DNA of 61,671 bases, counting the filler, from Rhabdomonas costata (Eukaryota), in the NCBI GenBank assembly GCA_019059605.1. It is 24 parts of 24 records of this genome, joined end to end, with 100 filler letters (N's around TTAATTAATTAA, not from the genome) between each part and the next. Parts side by side here need not be neighbours in the genome. Positions count along the whole stretch, not along the records: positions 36,054 to 38,528 come from JAHMHO010003251.1; positions 38,629 to 41,101 come from JAHMHO010003252.1; positions 41,202 to 43,675 come from JAHMHO010003253.1; positions 43,776 to 46,247 come from JAHMHO010003254.1; positions 46,348 to 48,815 come from JAHMHO010003255.1; positions 48,916 to 51,379 come from JAHMHO010003256.1; 18 more parts are not named here. One strand, given 5' to 3'. Both the position numbers and the translations under genes were made by a program. Of this stretch, positions 38,041 through 50,403 are shown in pieces; the first letter of the stretch is position 1, and every line of letters starts with the position of its first letter. A model generated the notes under the pieces. That model made no database searches and was not told the DNA's origin. It worked only from the letters and a program-made list of their open reading frames with translations.

Positions 38041-38649
38041 TGTGTGGGTGCTCTGTGTTGCCGTTTTGTGGGGCATTGCTTCCCCTGAGGATTTTGGGCA
38101 AGTTGCCTTTTTTTAAACCAATTCGTGGGCCATGTCTAGTGTCCTTCTCAAGGGAATTTTGGAAGACCTCTTTGTATACATTTTCTGACCCTGGATCCCC
38201 ACAATAATAAGAACTATTTCGGGGTGCAGTGGGGACAAGGCGTTGAAGCCGTTTTTTTCCCGTTACCACAGACACCTGAATCGCGGATGACGGAGTTTAC
38301 CCGAAAAGTTCCCATACTCCCCCATTTTCTCCCTCACTCTTTCATTTGATCCCTTTGTTGTGCTTGTTCTGGCGTCTCGGTTTTTGGCTTGCTGGCTCTT
38401 TCCTGCTTGCCTGGCCCTTGTTTGTACTTACATACCCATGTGTTTTTCCAAAATTAGGGAGTGCCCGAGAACCGCGCCGCAGACCGACAGCTCCTGTTCT
38501 GCCTCTTCGCCACCCCCCCCCCCAAAAANNNNNNNNNNNNNNNNNNNNNNNNNNNNNNNNNNNNNNNNNNNNTTAATTAATTAANNNNNNNNNNNNNNNN
38601 NNNNNNNNNNNNNNNNNNNNNNNNNNNNGTGGGGGGTGGTTCTCCAGGC

Positions 38650-39490
38650 CTTCGATCTTTGAAAAAGCTGAGACGAGAGATGGGGACAGTGGGCTCGTTA
38701 AGATAGAATCATTTTCATAATTGGCTTGAAAACCTCTTATCAGAATGAAATTATGAAAAACTGGTTTTATGAAAAACAGTTGCAAATTTTATGAATATAT
38801 AAGGAAATAATTGAAAGTTTCATTCGCAATGCAGGATGGATACTTAGGATGACATTATGGCCGATCCAACTGCCCCAACAACTCAAAAATCACTCCCCTT
38901 CATGAAAAAAGGACTGGTAACCAAAAATACCATTGCCTTCCAGCCAAAGGACTTTCACCTCCGTGTACTGCTCCAGGCCACCGATCCTGGTGAACCCTTT
39001 GTAATGCAGGTAGAGCTTGTCATTCAACTCAGGGGTCCTACAAACAAGCAACATCCCTCGAGGAATGAGAACAGTAAGCCTTTACTTTTGCGATTAAACG
39101 GTTTCCAGAGGGGACACATCCAATGACAAATGCACGGAAGAATCCACTGAAATCCGTCTTTTCATCGCGCAAACACAGAAACGCGAACAAACAGATACAA
39201 CTGTTCCAAGTCAAAGAAGAATATCACTTTCGTGTCTCCCATAAATTCAGTCGGCAGACGAACGTGAAAAAACCAGTCTTGAAGAACACACCTGTACATG
39301 CCGTCGCGGTCGTGCTTCTTACAGACCTTGAGAATCTCCTCCGCAGTCATTGCCCCGTCCCCGAGGGAAGGGCCACCATCTCCAGAAAGGGGCATGACCC
39401 CCCCCCTTTCTGTTATCAGATTCGCTCTTTGAGTTCTTACTCTCTCTCCCTCTTTAATCCACTCAGAAAGCAAAACAAACGAGTGCTGCG
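38650..39490 (-). CDS. SAM-domain-like protein fragment
   Basis: The spliced reading [29 protein letters not shown] resembles the SAM consensus '...V..WL..IGL.QY...F'. Confidence 0.5.
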
Positions 39491-42244
39491 TGGCACAAAA
39501 ACGTGAAAATATCGTAAAAACCAAAAACGATGGGTGTGCGGTATGTACGAGCCCAAGAGACGGTTGTTAATCTTGAAGGAAGTTGGCCCTGTTCATTTAT
39601 TTTAATTTAGGCTATGCAAACCATAAACCAAAAAAGACCCAAAGATCATTCAAAATCATTCAACCACACAGCTCATTCAGTATTCAAACTCTCAACCGAC
39701 AATCAACTTGGAAATAAAAACGACGTCTGCAAGGAAATCTTTGGAAATGTTGAGACAAAAAAGCCAGTTGACAACCAGGCTGGAAATTATGTCATATCCC
39801 TATAAGTACGAAGAAGAAAGACCAGAATTTACGCAGCTTTTCAAGGTACGACGCTTCACTGTTTCACTATGAATACGAAGCTCACTTCTCCTCATTCACC
39901 TTTGGGTGTAAAATTTTATCGAAGCATCGACGCATCATTTTCTGGAAAAATTAGCAGAAAATTACTTTGTATGTTTCCCTCCCCTTTCTCAGCTGGTGGT
40001 TTGGCTGGAAGACACTCAAATTCGGGCTCTGCCTGAGGAAGACAGAAAGGCCTTGAAGAGCACGACAGAGCCGGAAACTTGGTGGAAGAGCCTGGAGCAG
40101 GTTCTCTCCGTTTTCCACCTTAACATATTCTCTTTGCATTGCTCCAGCTTTTGTGGGGGAATATGACGGCTTTTCCATTGCAGTACTGTCGCACGGTGGG
40201 CTACACCAAGCCAATGCCGTGCCCTCGAATAGAGGGTGGGCGGATCCGGTTGGACAATAACGTTCGCATGCTACTGGACTGGCTGATTGGGAAGGCACTT
40301 CGCTTCTTTTACGGCGACGAGAATGGCCGTAAGTTGTGTTTTTGTGACGCTTTGCTTTCTTGTCATGGCAGCGTGCCAAAACACAACAAAAGGCACCGTC
40401 ACAGAGTAACCCCTTCTCTCACTCTCGAAAACGGGCGGGTTAAAAAGTTGAAAAGGGAAAAAGTGGAAGTCGAAGTTGGGCGAAAAACGCCTGTTGGGTT
40501 GTATTGTACCTCTTGCAAGAGGGGCACCCATCTCTGATGCACCACGCCCAACAGCAAGGGGTACTATGTCGAACGACACGTGAGACTCCTGCGGTGAGCC
40601 ACTTTCCGTATTGCTTTTTTTCAGCTCAAAAGTACGCGAAAGCGCACGAGCAGTTCTTGCAGCGTTCTGCCTCCTCCTCCTCCTCCGTTTCGCCAGTGAA
40701 GGCACCTCCTTCTCCCGCTCTAAGCAGTATGTGATTGACAATTGTGCCTTCTATTATCAGACCGTGTGTTGTTTGCACATGCCATTACCTGGTTCCTCAG
40801 TTGATCCTGCTACGCTTCAGCCTCGAGTTGCACAACTTTGTCAACTTTTGGGATTCAAGCCCAGCGGAAACCCCGGGGCTGATCTGTCGGTGTGCTTTTT
40901 ATCAAGCAAGATGTTCGCAATTAGAGTCCGTAGCAGCGCAGCCACAACGCTTACAGAATTGCTGACATGACTGGTCCCAAAACTCTCTGCCCTCAGGCCA
41001 GAACGCATGAGAACGTTTCGCCACGCGTCCATCAAAGCTTGGCCCTCGCCCGGTGAACTCCCATGGTGCAAATGCACGCCTCAGGGAAGGAACACAAAAC
41101 ANNNNNNNNNNNNNNNNNNNNNNNNNNNNNNNNNNNNNNNNNNNNTTAATTAATTAANNNNNNNNNNNNNNNNNNNNNNNNNNNNNNNNNNNNNNNNNNN
41201 NTGGGGGGGGGAAGCCTCTCTGCGAACTCCTCCGCCTTTGCCATGGAGCTCCCAAAAATTCTCCCAGGTTTGCTTGTGTGTTTGGACTTTTCGCGGCCAG
41301 TAATAGTCTTGAACGGAAAAGTTGGCGGAACAAGAGTGCTTTGAGGCTGCACAATTCCTTTTTCCTTCCCACAGCTTTCACCACCCAAGAAAAAGCAAAA
41401 CAACAGGAACGCTTCCTACCTGCAGGGCGCAGCATCAGCATGCCTGTTGCGAGAATGGGCGTGGGGATGGTTCGGTTTTCTGCTATGCTCACTTTCTCTC
41501 AAGTTCTAACACCGTGCTTCTTTTTTGGGGGGGCTTTTTTCTGTTGAAAGGTCGCTTAGGTCGTCGCATCCAAGTCCCTTGGTTACTGCGACCGTGGAAG
41601 GAACCGTTACGTACAAAAGAACAAACAAGCATTGGGGAACTCGCCCAGGGCGATCTCTGTCTCCACTTGATGAACACTCAAGAACTGAATGAACACAAGG
41701 AACTCCGGAGCACAAAAAAGGGAGAGGGGAACCCGCCCAACGCTCTCAGTTTCAGCTCGTTCTACATCCCTGATTCCGGGATACTGTGCTTCCAGCACCC
41801 CACCACAGCGGGGCTTGCTCAGAGTAGCATGATTTGCTCACACTGAAGTCAAGGTAAACACAAAACTAGTTTTTTTTGAAGGTGATATCTCATCCCACCC
41901 AAGGTCTCCATTTTGGGGTCGTTTGGAAGATGCCCCCAAAAAGGGCGTTGCCAGCTCTCAGAGTGATGATGAGGACCCTGAAAAATCCAGGACAAGTGTA
42001 CTGTTGTGTTGTGTTTCCTAGTTTCCAATTGTTCTCAGAACATAGACTCCCGGCAAGTCCGGGATTGCGCAGCGAGAGAGGCGTCGGCCGGAGCGGCGCC
42101 TCTCTCTCTCTCTCTCTCTCTCTCCTGGCTACCAGCCCACGCATTATAAAAAAAACATGAAAAAAATGGTTGTCCTTTTTGCTTTGAAACCTTGAAACAG
42201 CACAGAACTCGCGCACACAACCCTCCATTTCGCCTTCACCACAG

Positions 42245-42444
42245 GTTCGTGGGTGGACATCGTCTTTGTCGTGAGTCTGCCTCCCGGCATCTCCGTGGCT
42301 CAATTTAGGCTTACGATCCCTGGCCAAGACTCCTCGCCCTCTGAAGTGAATGCCCAGGCCACCGTGCAGTACGCCCTCTCTTTGGAGTGGACTTGCAACG
42401 GCGCTGCTCTCGGGGCAGGCGTCAGCGGCACCCTTTTGCTTCAG
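42245..42444 (+). CDS. Hypothetical protein exon
   Basis: After a CAG acceptor the frame reads SWVDIVFVVSLPPGISVAQFRLTIPG...QYALSLEWTCNG. The probable donor is GC. Confidence 0.45.
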
Positions 42445-43603
42445 GCTTGAGCCCCTTCCTATGTCGGTCACTTCTCGCGGTTCATCGCATATGTTTGAGG
42501 TGTCCGTAGGAAACTGCACCCGATTTTATGCAGAGGGGCTCGGATGCTGAAATTTGTGTATTCACCGGGCGGTGCCGAAACAAACATGGCTGACGTCCTC
42601 TTGGGTTCCAGACATCAGACTTGCATGTGGGCCCGAAATGAAGGGCTTAGTCTGTTCACCCCCCCCCCCTAATATTTGTGAACTCTGTCACAGTTGAAAA
42701 GTTGCACATACGTTTCATCACGTTCATCATCATCTCTGATGCTCGTCCGAAATGTTCACTGGACACAGATACAACCTGATGTTTTGATCTTCCACAACTG
42801 TCTTGAAGAACGTACCAAAAGACGACAGCGACGGCAACAAGAAGAAGATAGCACTGACGAAGTGTTGATATCAAACGCTTTCATCTTTTTATCATCGCCA
42901 TCGTCTTTTCAAACGTGACAGCAAACACTATCATGATTTGTGCCTCGCTATCACCAGGGAAGGGGTTGGAGAAAATGACCACTGCCCGAAATGAGGCAAA
43001 CCGATGACTGGGATGACTGGGAACCAAAAACAGCATTTGTGCTCAGCAGGTGCAACTGCTAATGCTCTGGGGATTCACTTTGGTACGGCAACGTTATTTT
43101 GTTGCGGTCGAGGCGAAACGAAGAGCAAAAGGGATATCTTCAACCTTAGCCTGGAAAAGAAACGCAACAATAATTCACAGAAAGAGCATTTTTTCAAACA
43201 GGAGAATCAAAGTTCCTAAGGGTGAAGCCGAAGCAAGTCCGGTGCTTTTGTAAAAAACACTGCCTCCCGAAACGCTGCGTGGCTGGTTCTTGCACCATCA
43301 GACTGAGATTTCTTTGCCCGAGGGCCATTGGTACCATTTCCACTCACACGCACATAGCGCACGTTTCGTTCCTTCATGCTTCATCGTTTTCAAATCGCCA
43401 CCAAGTGGGCGTTTGGACTTCCTGGCAATGCCACACACCATAAAGAAGTGACAAGTGGCAGCGCGCCATGTGCTTGTTGGGTGCCCCGTAGTTTTGATAT
43501 TTTTGATATTTTCATATTTTTGATGAAAATGTCAGAATATCAAAATAGGCGGCCACGAGCCAGTTGCCGAGCCCTTTTTGGCGTGGGTGGTTCGTTGTAA
43601 AGT

Positions 43604-43652
43604 ACGTTGTGGGTACTGCCATAAACCCTCCGCTGCGTGGGGCAAGAAGCGG
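43604..43652 (+). repeat. Dispersed repeat, copy 3 (truncated by a terminal fold-back)
   Basis: Near-identical to 7749-7796. Confidence 0.85.
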
Positions 43653-43885
43653 AGGGTTTATGGCAGTACCCACCANNNNNNNNNNNNNNNNNNNNNNNNN
43701 NNNNNNNNNNNNNNNNNNNTTAATTAATTAANNNNNNNNNNNNNNNNNNNNNNNNNNNNNNNNNNNNNNNNNNNNGTGGTGTGGGGCATGTTGCTAAACA
43801 TAAAACCGATTTTTGCCGCACAGTGTGTGTGTGTGTGCACTGTGGAAGGGGGCGACCAATCATCCATTCTCTTTTTGTCGTGCAG

Positions 43886-44369
43886 AACGAGGCGGCGATC
43901 AATCAGCGCCATGACATATACTACGATGACAAGACCGGCACCCTGGCCGCGGCACACTTTTACCGAGACCTCGCGGAACAGGTCAACTGCTGTCTTCTCT
44001 CTGAATTGGTGTCATTTTCTTATGCGCATGTTGTTGCCGTGTTGTCAATGTCCCCCAGACAGTCCCTGGGATCGGTCGTAATAACAGTTCTGCTTGGAGC
44101 CAACAGTTTACCGTGGTACCGAGTTTACCTTTGCATCATCCACAGCTAACTGTTGTTTTCAGGAGTTTCTTTCGGGGCAGCAAGGTGCGGTTGTGTCAGA
44201 GCTCCATCCATCCATCTATCCATCCATCCTATCGTAACTCTCTCAGAAGCTGACCACGTACATTGAGCTGGACGGCTCTGGAGACGTGGCCGCCGTGAAG
44301 GAGGCACTTGCTCTACAGCTTCGGCCTGGACTGAACGCCCTCATGGGCCCCGGGGTTCGGCTTGCGTAA
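43886..44369 (+). CDS. adk: Adenylate kinase (Desulfovibrio/hydrogenosomal type), last 2 exons
   Basis: The exons read NEAAINQRHDIYYDDKTGTLAAAHFYRDLAEQ / KLTTYIELDGSGDVAAVKEALALQL...stop. They match the 'AI.KRHDIYY....GTLAAAY++K.+A.....YIELDG.G' signature. Confidence 0.85.
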
Positions 44370-45302
44370 GCAACCTGGAAACCTTCCAAAGCCAGAGGAA
44401 GCGGGTGAGAACTCTGAGAGGTGAGTCTTCCTTGAGGGAATGAGTCTACCCCGAATCGGCGTTTTCAGAGTGTGGGAAGGGTGAGGGGAATCAAGCTGTC
44501 CGAGACGCTTGAAAGTTAACGCTCGAGCCGCGGCGAGGGGGGAGGGAGAGGGGGCATCGAGTGAATAGTAGGGAAGGAAAACGCTTGTACACATCGTTCA
44601 GCAGTTGGGGATCTGCCGGTGAGGTGGTGTATTTGTTTGTGAACGTAGTAGTGGTAGTAGTGGTATTGCTCTGTAGCTGGGTTGTAATGGCAGGTTCCCT
44701 GCCTCTGTTGCTTCTCTGTATGTGTCGCTGTCGTAGTCACAGCTTAGCCTGTGCACCTCCTGCGCCGAGATCTGCCCCATTGTGCCGCCTGTACAGCGTT
44801 CAGTGCAGGGTTTCTCATTGTGAAAGGCATCCGGAGTAATGCCATGGGCCCACACATACAATCGACTTATGCTGACTTATAGTGTTTCTTTTTCGGAGAG
44901 CATCAGCAATCAATGGTGCGAACTCAGGATAATATGAAAGGATGCTCTGATGTACCAATGGTGGGTTGTCGAGGATTACCCCTCAAATAATGACATTTCC
45001 GCGTCTTTGAGTTGAGGTGTCAGTGAAGCTCGGGGACCATATGTGCGTGCCGTTTGACATAGGAGGGTGTTCGCTCGCGAGAGTACGTATGGGACCCCCA
45101 CACTGAGCTGAGAGGCTATGCGTGTCCAGGTGGAATTCTGTTTTCTTTCCCATCGTATTATTTCTTGCTCACAAGAGGTTAAGACAGGGAACGTTTCCTC
45201 CTTCATTTCCACTGCGCTGAAGATAGGCTTTTTCTACCGTCATTCCATTCTTTTCTTTTCCTCTTTATTATTTTGTTGTGGTTGTTGCCTCGACTCGAGC
45301 CT

Positions 45303-46190
45303 ATGTCTACCGCCATGCATGATCCTGTGCCCCGTCGCTTCGACCTTGACGCCCGTGATCATGGCGGCGCTCCAGAAGAGGCCTTCGTGTGGACTTTCTG
45401 GCTAGGCCCACAAGAGCACACCAGGGGTTCTTCCCGTGCTCTTCCGGTTCAGCCGATGGAGACCCAACCCCTGGGCCCTGGCCTGGCGACCGCCTTGCAG
45501 CGCCACCGCCCGCTTCTAATGCAGCAGCACTCCAGCATCCACCTCTTTCGGAAGGGTCTGAAGACGAGCTACGAGGAGCTGTCCAGCAGAGTTGGGGGGC
45601 ATTTCAAGCTTAGCGACTGCACCGAGAACACGGTGGAGCCCGTGTGGGCGCGGGTGGTGGAGGCGATGACTCAGGGCACCTTCCCAGGACGCCCTGGGGG
45701 AGTGCAGGGCGCGACGGTGTCCAGAGAGGGTTACAGACTTTTCTCTATCAAGGTATGTGTGGTGTGTGCCTAAGTGTCGATACCTTGACCACCCGACTCA
45801 TAGCACCTCCGAATTGGAGCGCGCGTGTGAGGCATCGTCCTAGTGCTTCAGAGGTTTCACCTTTCACCTTTATCCCGTGTCTCGTGCCCCTGGGCGAACT
45901 TCTTTATCCTTTTGCCCAATGCTTGAATGCTGGATTGGAACGACGCAATGATGAAAAATTGGATTTGGGGGCCTTTGTGCCTTGCCACAACATCGGACAA
46001 CGCGCTGTCGGTCTGCTGGTGTGATCTGAGTTTGCCCCAGCGATAAAACATTCTAGTGATTACAAATGCAACGTGCACTTGAGGTCCCTTTCTCTTCGAG
46101 TTGGTCCGTTCGCGAAAGGTGTGGATGCGTGATCCCGAGGACGAGGCCCTGCACGCCGCGGTGCAACAGTTCTTGGGGGCGATCCTGGAG
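45303..46190 (+). CDS. Divergent eIF4E-family cap-binding protein, partial
   Basis: The motifs WTFW, HLFRKGLKTSYEE....GGHF, W.RVVEAMTQGTF, VQGATVS and SIK/VW follow the eIF4E motif order (LFK.GI.P.WED...GG.W ... VCG.V.S ... I.VW). Confidence 0.75.
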
Positions 46191-46760
46191 GTACCCTTTG
46201 AACTGTTGCACCGCGGCGTGCAGGGCCTCGTCCTCGGGATCACACACNNNNNNNNNNNNNNNNNNNNNNNNNNNNNNNNNNNNNNNNNNNNTTAATTAAT
46301 TAANNNNNNNNNNNNNNNNNNNNNNNNNNNNNNNNNNNNNNNNNNNNATTACAAACTGCGGGAGGGGCGCATTCAGACATTCATCCAGCCAACCTCGTTT
46401 GGGCATTTATTTTATAACTTGTCATTATTCAATCTTTCCCATTCGCAACGGCAACCTTCGTAAGTTGTTCACTGACATTTAACCATATTCTTTTTATTCT
46501 CTATTTTTGTCGTGATGCTTCCAAATCCACTCAGCTCCCTCACACCCACACAACCGTCGTAGCTCCTTCTCGAAAGTGATGTTTTGCTTTCGTAAACCGC
46601 ACGGGGAGGGAGGGTCGAGTTTCAGCTCTAATGCCGCCATTCTGTTTCGTCACCGATCCTGCCCACAAAGCAGGTGCCTGGTTGGGGACATACGTTGCCT
46701 GAAGATGACTGAGTTTCGAGCCCAGGGTTTCTGGACAAACACTTCCACTGTCTATCCGTG

Positions 46761-48025
46761 CAGGTACTCGCAAACTGTAACCTTCTTGCCGGATTTTGCG
46801 GCCACCTCCTTGGGCTTCTCCATGGGCTTGTCGGGCTTCTCTGCAGCCCCGGACCGCAGCTTCTTCTGGACCGCGTCGACATTCGAGCCCTCAACCAGGA
46901 ACTTCTCGTAGATCATGTCCAGGCCTCGGATCTCCACAAGAGGAATTACAACCACAGACGACAGCACCGTTCTCAGGTCCACCTGTGAAGTAACACACAA
47001 ATATACAGACGGGAAACAACTTCCGTAAATGATCGTAAATGATAACCACCGTCACTGTTAGCCGTTTTCTAGAGGCTTCGTTAATGAACAAAAAACTTAT
47101 CCAAGTCTTATCCAAGTTACCAGCGTGCATGTAAACACCCTCAAAATAGGCCAGTGGGTTCGGTCAACTGTGGCGGTGCGGCTTCTTTTGTTTTGAGGGC
47201 ATTGGACGACATTAGAACCCCGAAACATTGCTGGATAAGGGCTGACCCTTGCGGTAAATCTAATACTACAGCAAGCACTGACCCATTGAAAGGTAGCATT
47301 CATGATGCGGGAATACTACGAACAAAGGCGAGTCACCTATTAATTCGAGACAAATTTCACAAAAGCTGAGAAGTTGCGGTACGCATCCTCTTTGGAACAG
47401 CAGCAATCATGGATTTGAACACGCGAACTGACCCATGAGAAGACCCAAGGGGTGCACAGGGGGTGAAGGGAGGGGAGGTGCGGGCTTTACCTCCACATGA
47501 ACTTTTTTGACAGCAAGCAGGTGGTCCGTCCTGAACTGAGGCTGATTCTTCAGACACAGCCCGTGCAGGGCCACGGTCCCCGAAAACGGTCGAAAGTCGA
47601 GGTCGTCGAATGTGATGGGTGCCCCAATGACTTTATTCCCAATGCTGGAAATAAAAAGAGCCACGGATTGCTTCAATTTCGGCTTGCGCCACCAACAGTA
47701 AAGGCGAAGCTAGCGCTGAACTTGGGAGGGGGGTGGGTTTAGTGACTGGCGAGGGTTGCCGCGGGTAACTCATTCTACATTTAATACGAAGAAGAAGCAA
47801 AATGAAACTCATGAGAGGTGCACTGAAAAGGTTCCCCCCATGCACTTAAATATACACACAGGCGTCAAGAAAAATGGGTTGACGACACAAAAATCTGCGA
47901 AAGGCACCTCACCTCTCGAGCTGAAGGCGCAGCAAGGGCTTCACAGAAACCACTATGGCGAGCACCCCCACAGGTGCTGCAATAAGAAAGGGGTGTCTTC
48001 TGGCCCAAACCAGCGCTGAACTCAT
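46761..48025 (-). CDS. AsmA-like (repeating beta-groove) membrane-anchored protein, 5' exons
   Basis: An N-terminal TM segment is followed by GNKVIGAPITFDDLDFRPFSGTVALHGL.LKN.P.F....LL.VKKVHVE / VDLRTVLSSVVVIPLVEIRGLDMIYE....GSNV. Confidence 0.65.
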
Positions 48026-48979
48026 CGTGAAGGAAAGGAGGATTCCCTTTTCACAATAAAAACCAGAAGAGCCCCGAAAACTTCTACGGAGAGAATGGAA
48101 ATGGGCCTGCGCATTGGAGTGTGGCGTTAAATCGTCGATTTCCGGCTCTGGCTCCGGCAAATGAAGAACCACAGGGGAACCTTTTAAGGCTCCAACAACT
48201 CCGAAGAACTTGAAGAAACGAAAGTCAAAATCCTCAAGCGCACTAAGCGCTCAGTGGAGGAAAGATGCGGATTTCCGATTACGATGTGACAAGGCAAAAA
48301 TCGAAACGAGAGTGGAAAAGGGAGATTTAAGGGCTTCGCAGAGATCCCACTCCGTTTTTTTAAGAGAGAGAAGGACAGGAATGGGTGGAGGTATGAGGTT
48401 ATGAGTTTAATTTGACTTCATTTTCAAATATGAATGTCGTCCAGTGGCGAGATGCTCGGAAAAAATGGGTTGATCCTTTAAGACTAACCCGGTGTTCCCG
48501 AATGTGCTCCTCTGGCTGTGAAGTCAAGCTGAAAAGCTGTGTTTGTGGGGATTGTGAGAAGCATCTGGTGCTGCGCAGACAGCCGACAAGACTGCCTGTG
48601 TTGCTGCCGCTTAAACAATGAGTGCCTCGAAGTCCCCATTTTTGCATGCATGGAGAAAGTCTTGTTTCAGTTTCTTCTTCTGATTAGCTTTTCCTTTTCT
48701 TTCGCACATCACAAGGAATATCACTATTGCTCTAGTCTTCCCAGGAACAAAACACGGCCTTATTGTGATGGATTTGAAATTTCTTCTCCCATGAGTTATC
48801 AGTCACCACCAACAANNNNNNNNNNNNNNNNNNNNNNNNNNNNNNNNNNNNNNNNNNNNTTAATTAATTAANNNNNNNNNNNNNNNNNNNNNNNNNNNNN
48901 NNNNNNNNNNNNNNNGGGTGTGGTGACGATGTGAAGATGAATCAGAATCTGATCTATTTCTAATTATTTTAATACAAAT

Positions 48980-49964
48980 ATGGCATTTGCCACATTTACT
49001 GCATTCTCATCGTAGACATGAACATACTTGTCGTAAATGCAGTAAATGTGGCAAATGCCATATTTGTATTAAAATAATTAGAAATAGATCAGATTCTGAT
49101 TCATCTTCACATCGTCATCATCATCATCATCATCACCATCATTGTTATGATCATGAAAATAATCATTATAATCATGAACATGATCAAGAACATGAACATG
49201 AACATAACAATGAATATGGACATACCTGTCAAATTATTAAAGTTGGAGGAGTTGGACCTCGTGGATTTCCTGGTTTAACTGGTGCTACTGGTCCTATTGG
49301 ACCTACAGGACCAACTGGTCCAGTAGGAGCAACTGGTGCTACCGGACCGACAGGAGCTGCAGGACCAACAGGTCCTGCAGGAGCGACAGGACCAGCTGGA
49401 GCTACCGGACCAGCAGGAGCTACCGGAGCAGCTGGACCAACTGGTCCTACTGGAGCCACAGGATTAACCGGAGCAGTTGGAGCCACTGGACCAACCGGAC
49501 CTGCTGGTGCTACAGGAGCGACAGGTGCAACTGGTCCTGCATTTTTAAATACATTTGGATATTTTTACAATACTGATAGTACAACAGGAACTGTTGTTAA
49601 TGCTGGTTCAAGTGTTACATTTGCATCAGTTGGTGCTCAAACTGCTGATATACTTATTGACAATGCCAAACAAAATATTACTTTAGATGTAGGTACATAC
49701 AACATAACATACAAACTGTTATTTACTGCTTCATCTGATCCTGTTGTTGTTGGTCTTTATAATGTTACCTCAAGTTCAGCAATTGCAAATTCTATAAATG
49801 GTGGATCTGGTCAAACTTCTATTGTTGGATCTTGTATTTTTGCTGCAACAGTTGTAACTCAAATTTCATTACGTAATTTATCATCCACTGTTTCATTAAC
49901 ATTAACACCGTCTGGTGCATCTGCATATGTAAATGCTATTCTTTCTATTGTTCGTGTTGCATAA
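48980..49964 (+). CDS. Collagen-like (GXT repeat) protein with His/Cys-rich N-terminus and BclA-like C-terminal domain
   Basis: About 30 G-X-T/G-P-X triplets are present, followed by a C-terminal beta-rich domain (FGYFYN...V.F...ITL..GTYNITY...ISLRN...AILSIVRVA). The ATG at 48980 is 1 nt out of frame with the ORF starting at 48987. Confidence 0.85.
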
Positions 49965-50403
49965 ATAAAATAAATTTTTTTATTATTTAAAATAAAATAA
50001 AATAAAATATTGTAAAATCTAATGTGTGTGTGTGTGTTTTCATATATTTTTCACTTATACTTCAGGATTAGTTTATGTTTCTGGTCTATGACATATATTA
50101 TCAGCATATTTTTTAACAGATGATTTTATTGCATTATTATCATTAGTAAATATATGAAAATTATAATCTTTTCTTGTACTATTTATTTAAAATTTTTTAC
50201 CCATATATAATATATATCATATGGTTAGAAAAATAAATAATACAACTTATGAAATTGACATATTATGTAATCTAATTTTAAAATATCGTAAACAATGTTA
50301 ACATGTTTATTTCTAAAAAAAAATAACGTTCACAAAACACTGTAATATAATATAAAAATAAAATGGTTTAAAGAAATCAATATATATACGTAGTACAAAA
50401 ACA

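Noticed and set aside
46128-46247. Long hairpin duplicating the eIF4E exon in reverse
   Set aside because: Terminal fold-back artefact. The same pattern occurs at 43608-43675, 56405-56518 and 20619-20700.
50250-50260. Possible Mimivirus early promoter
   Set aside because: The sequence is GAAATTGA, not AAAATTGA. A partial match is expected by chance in AT-rich DNA.
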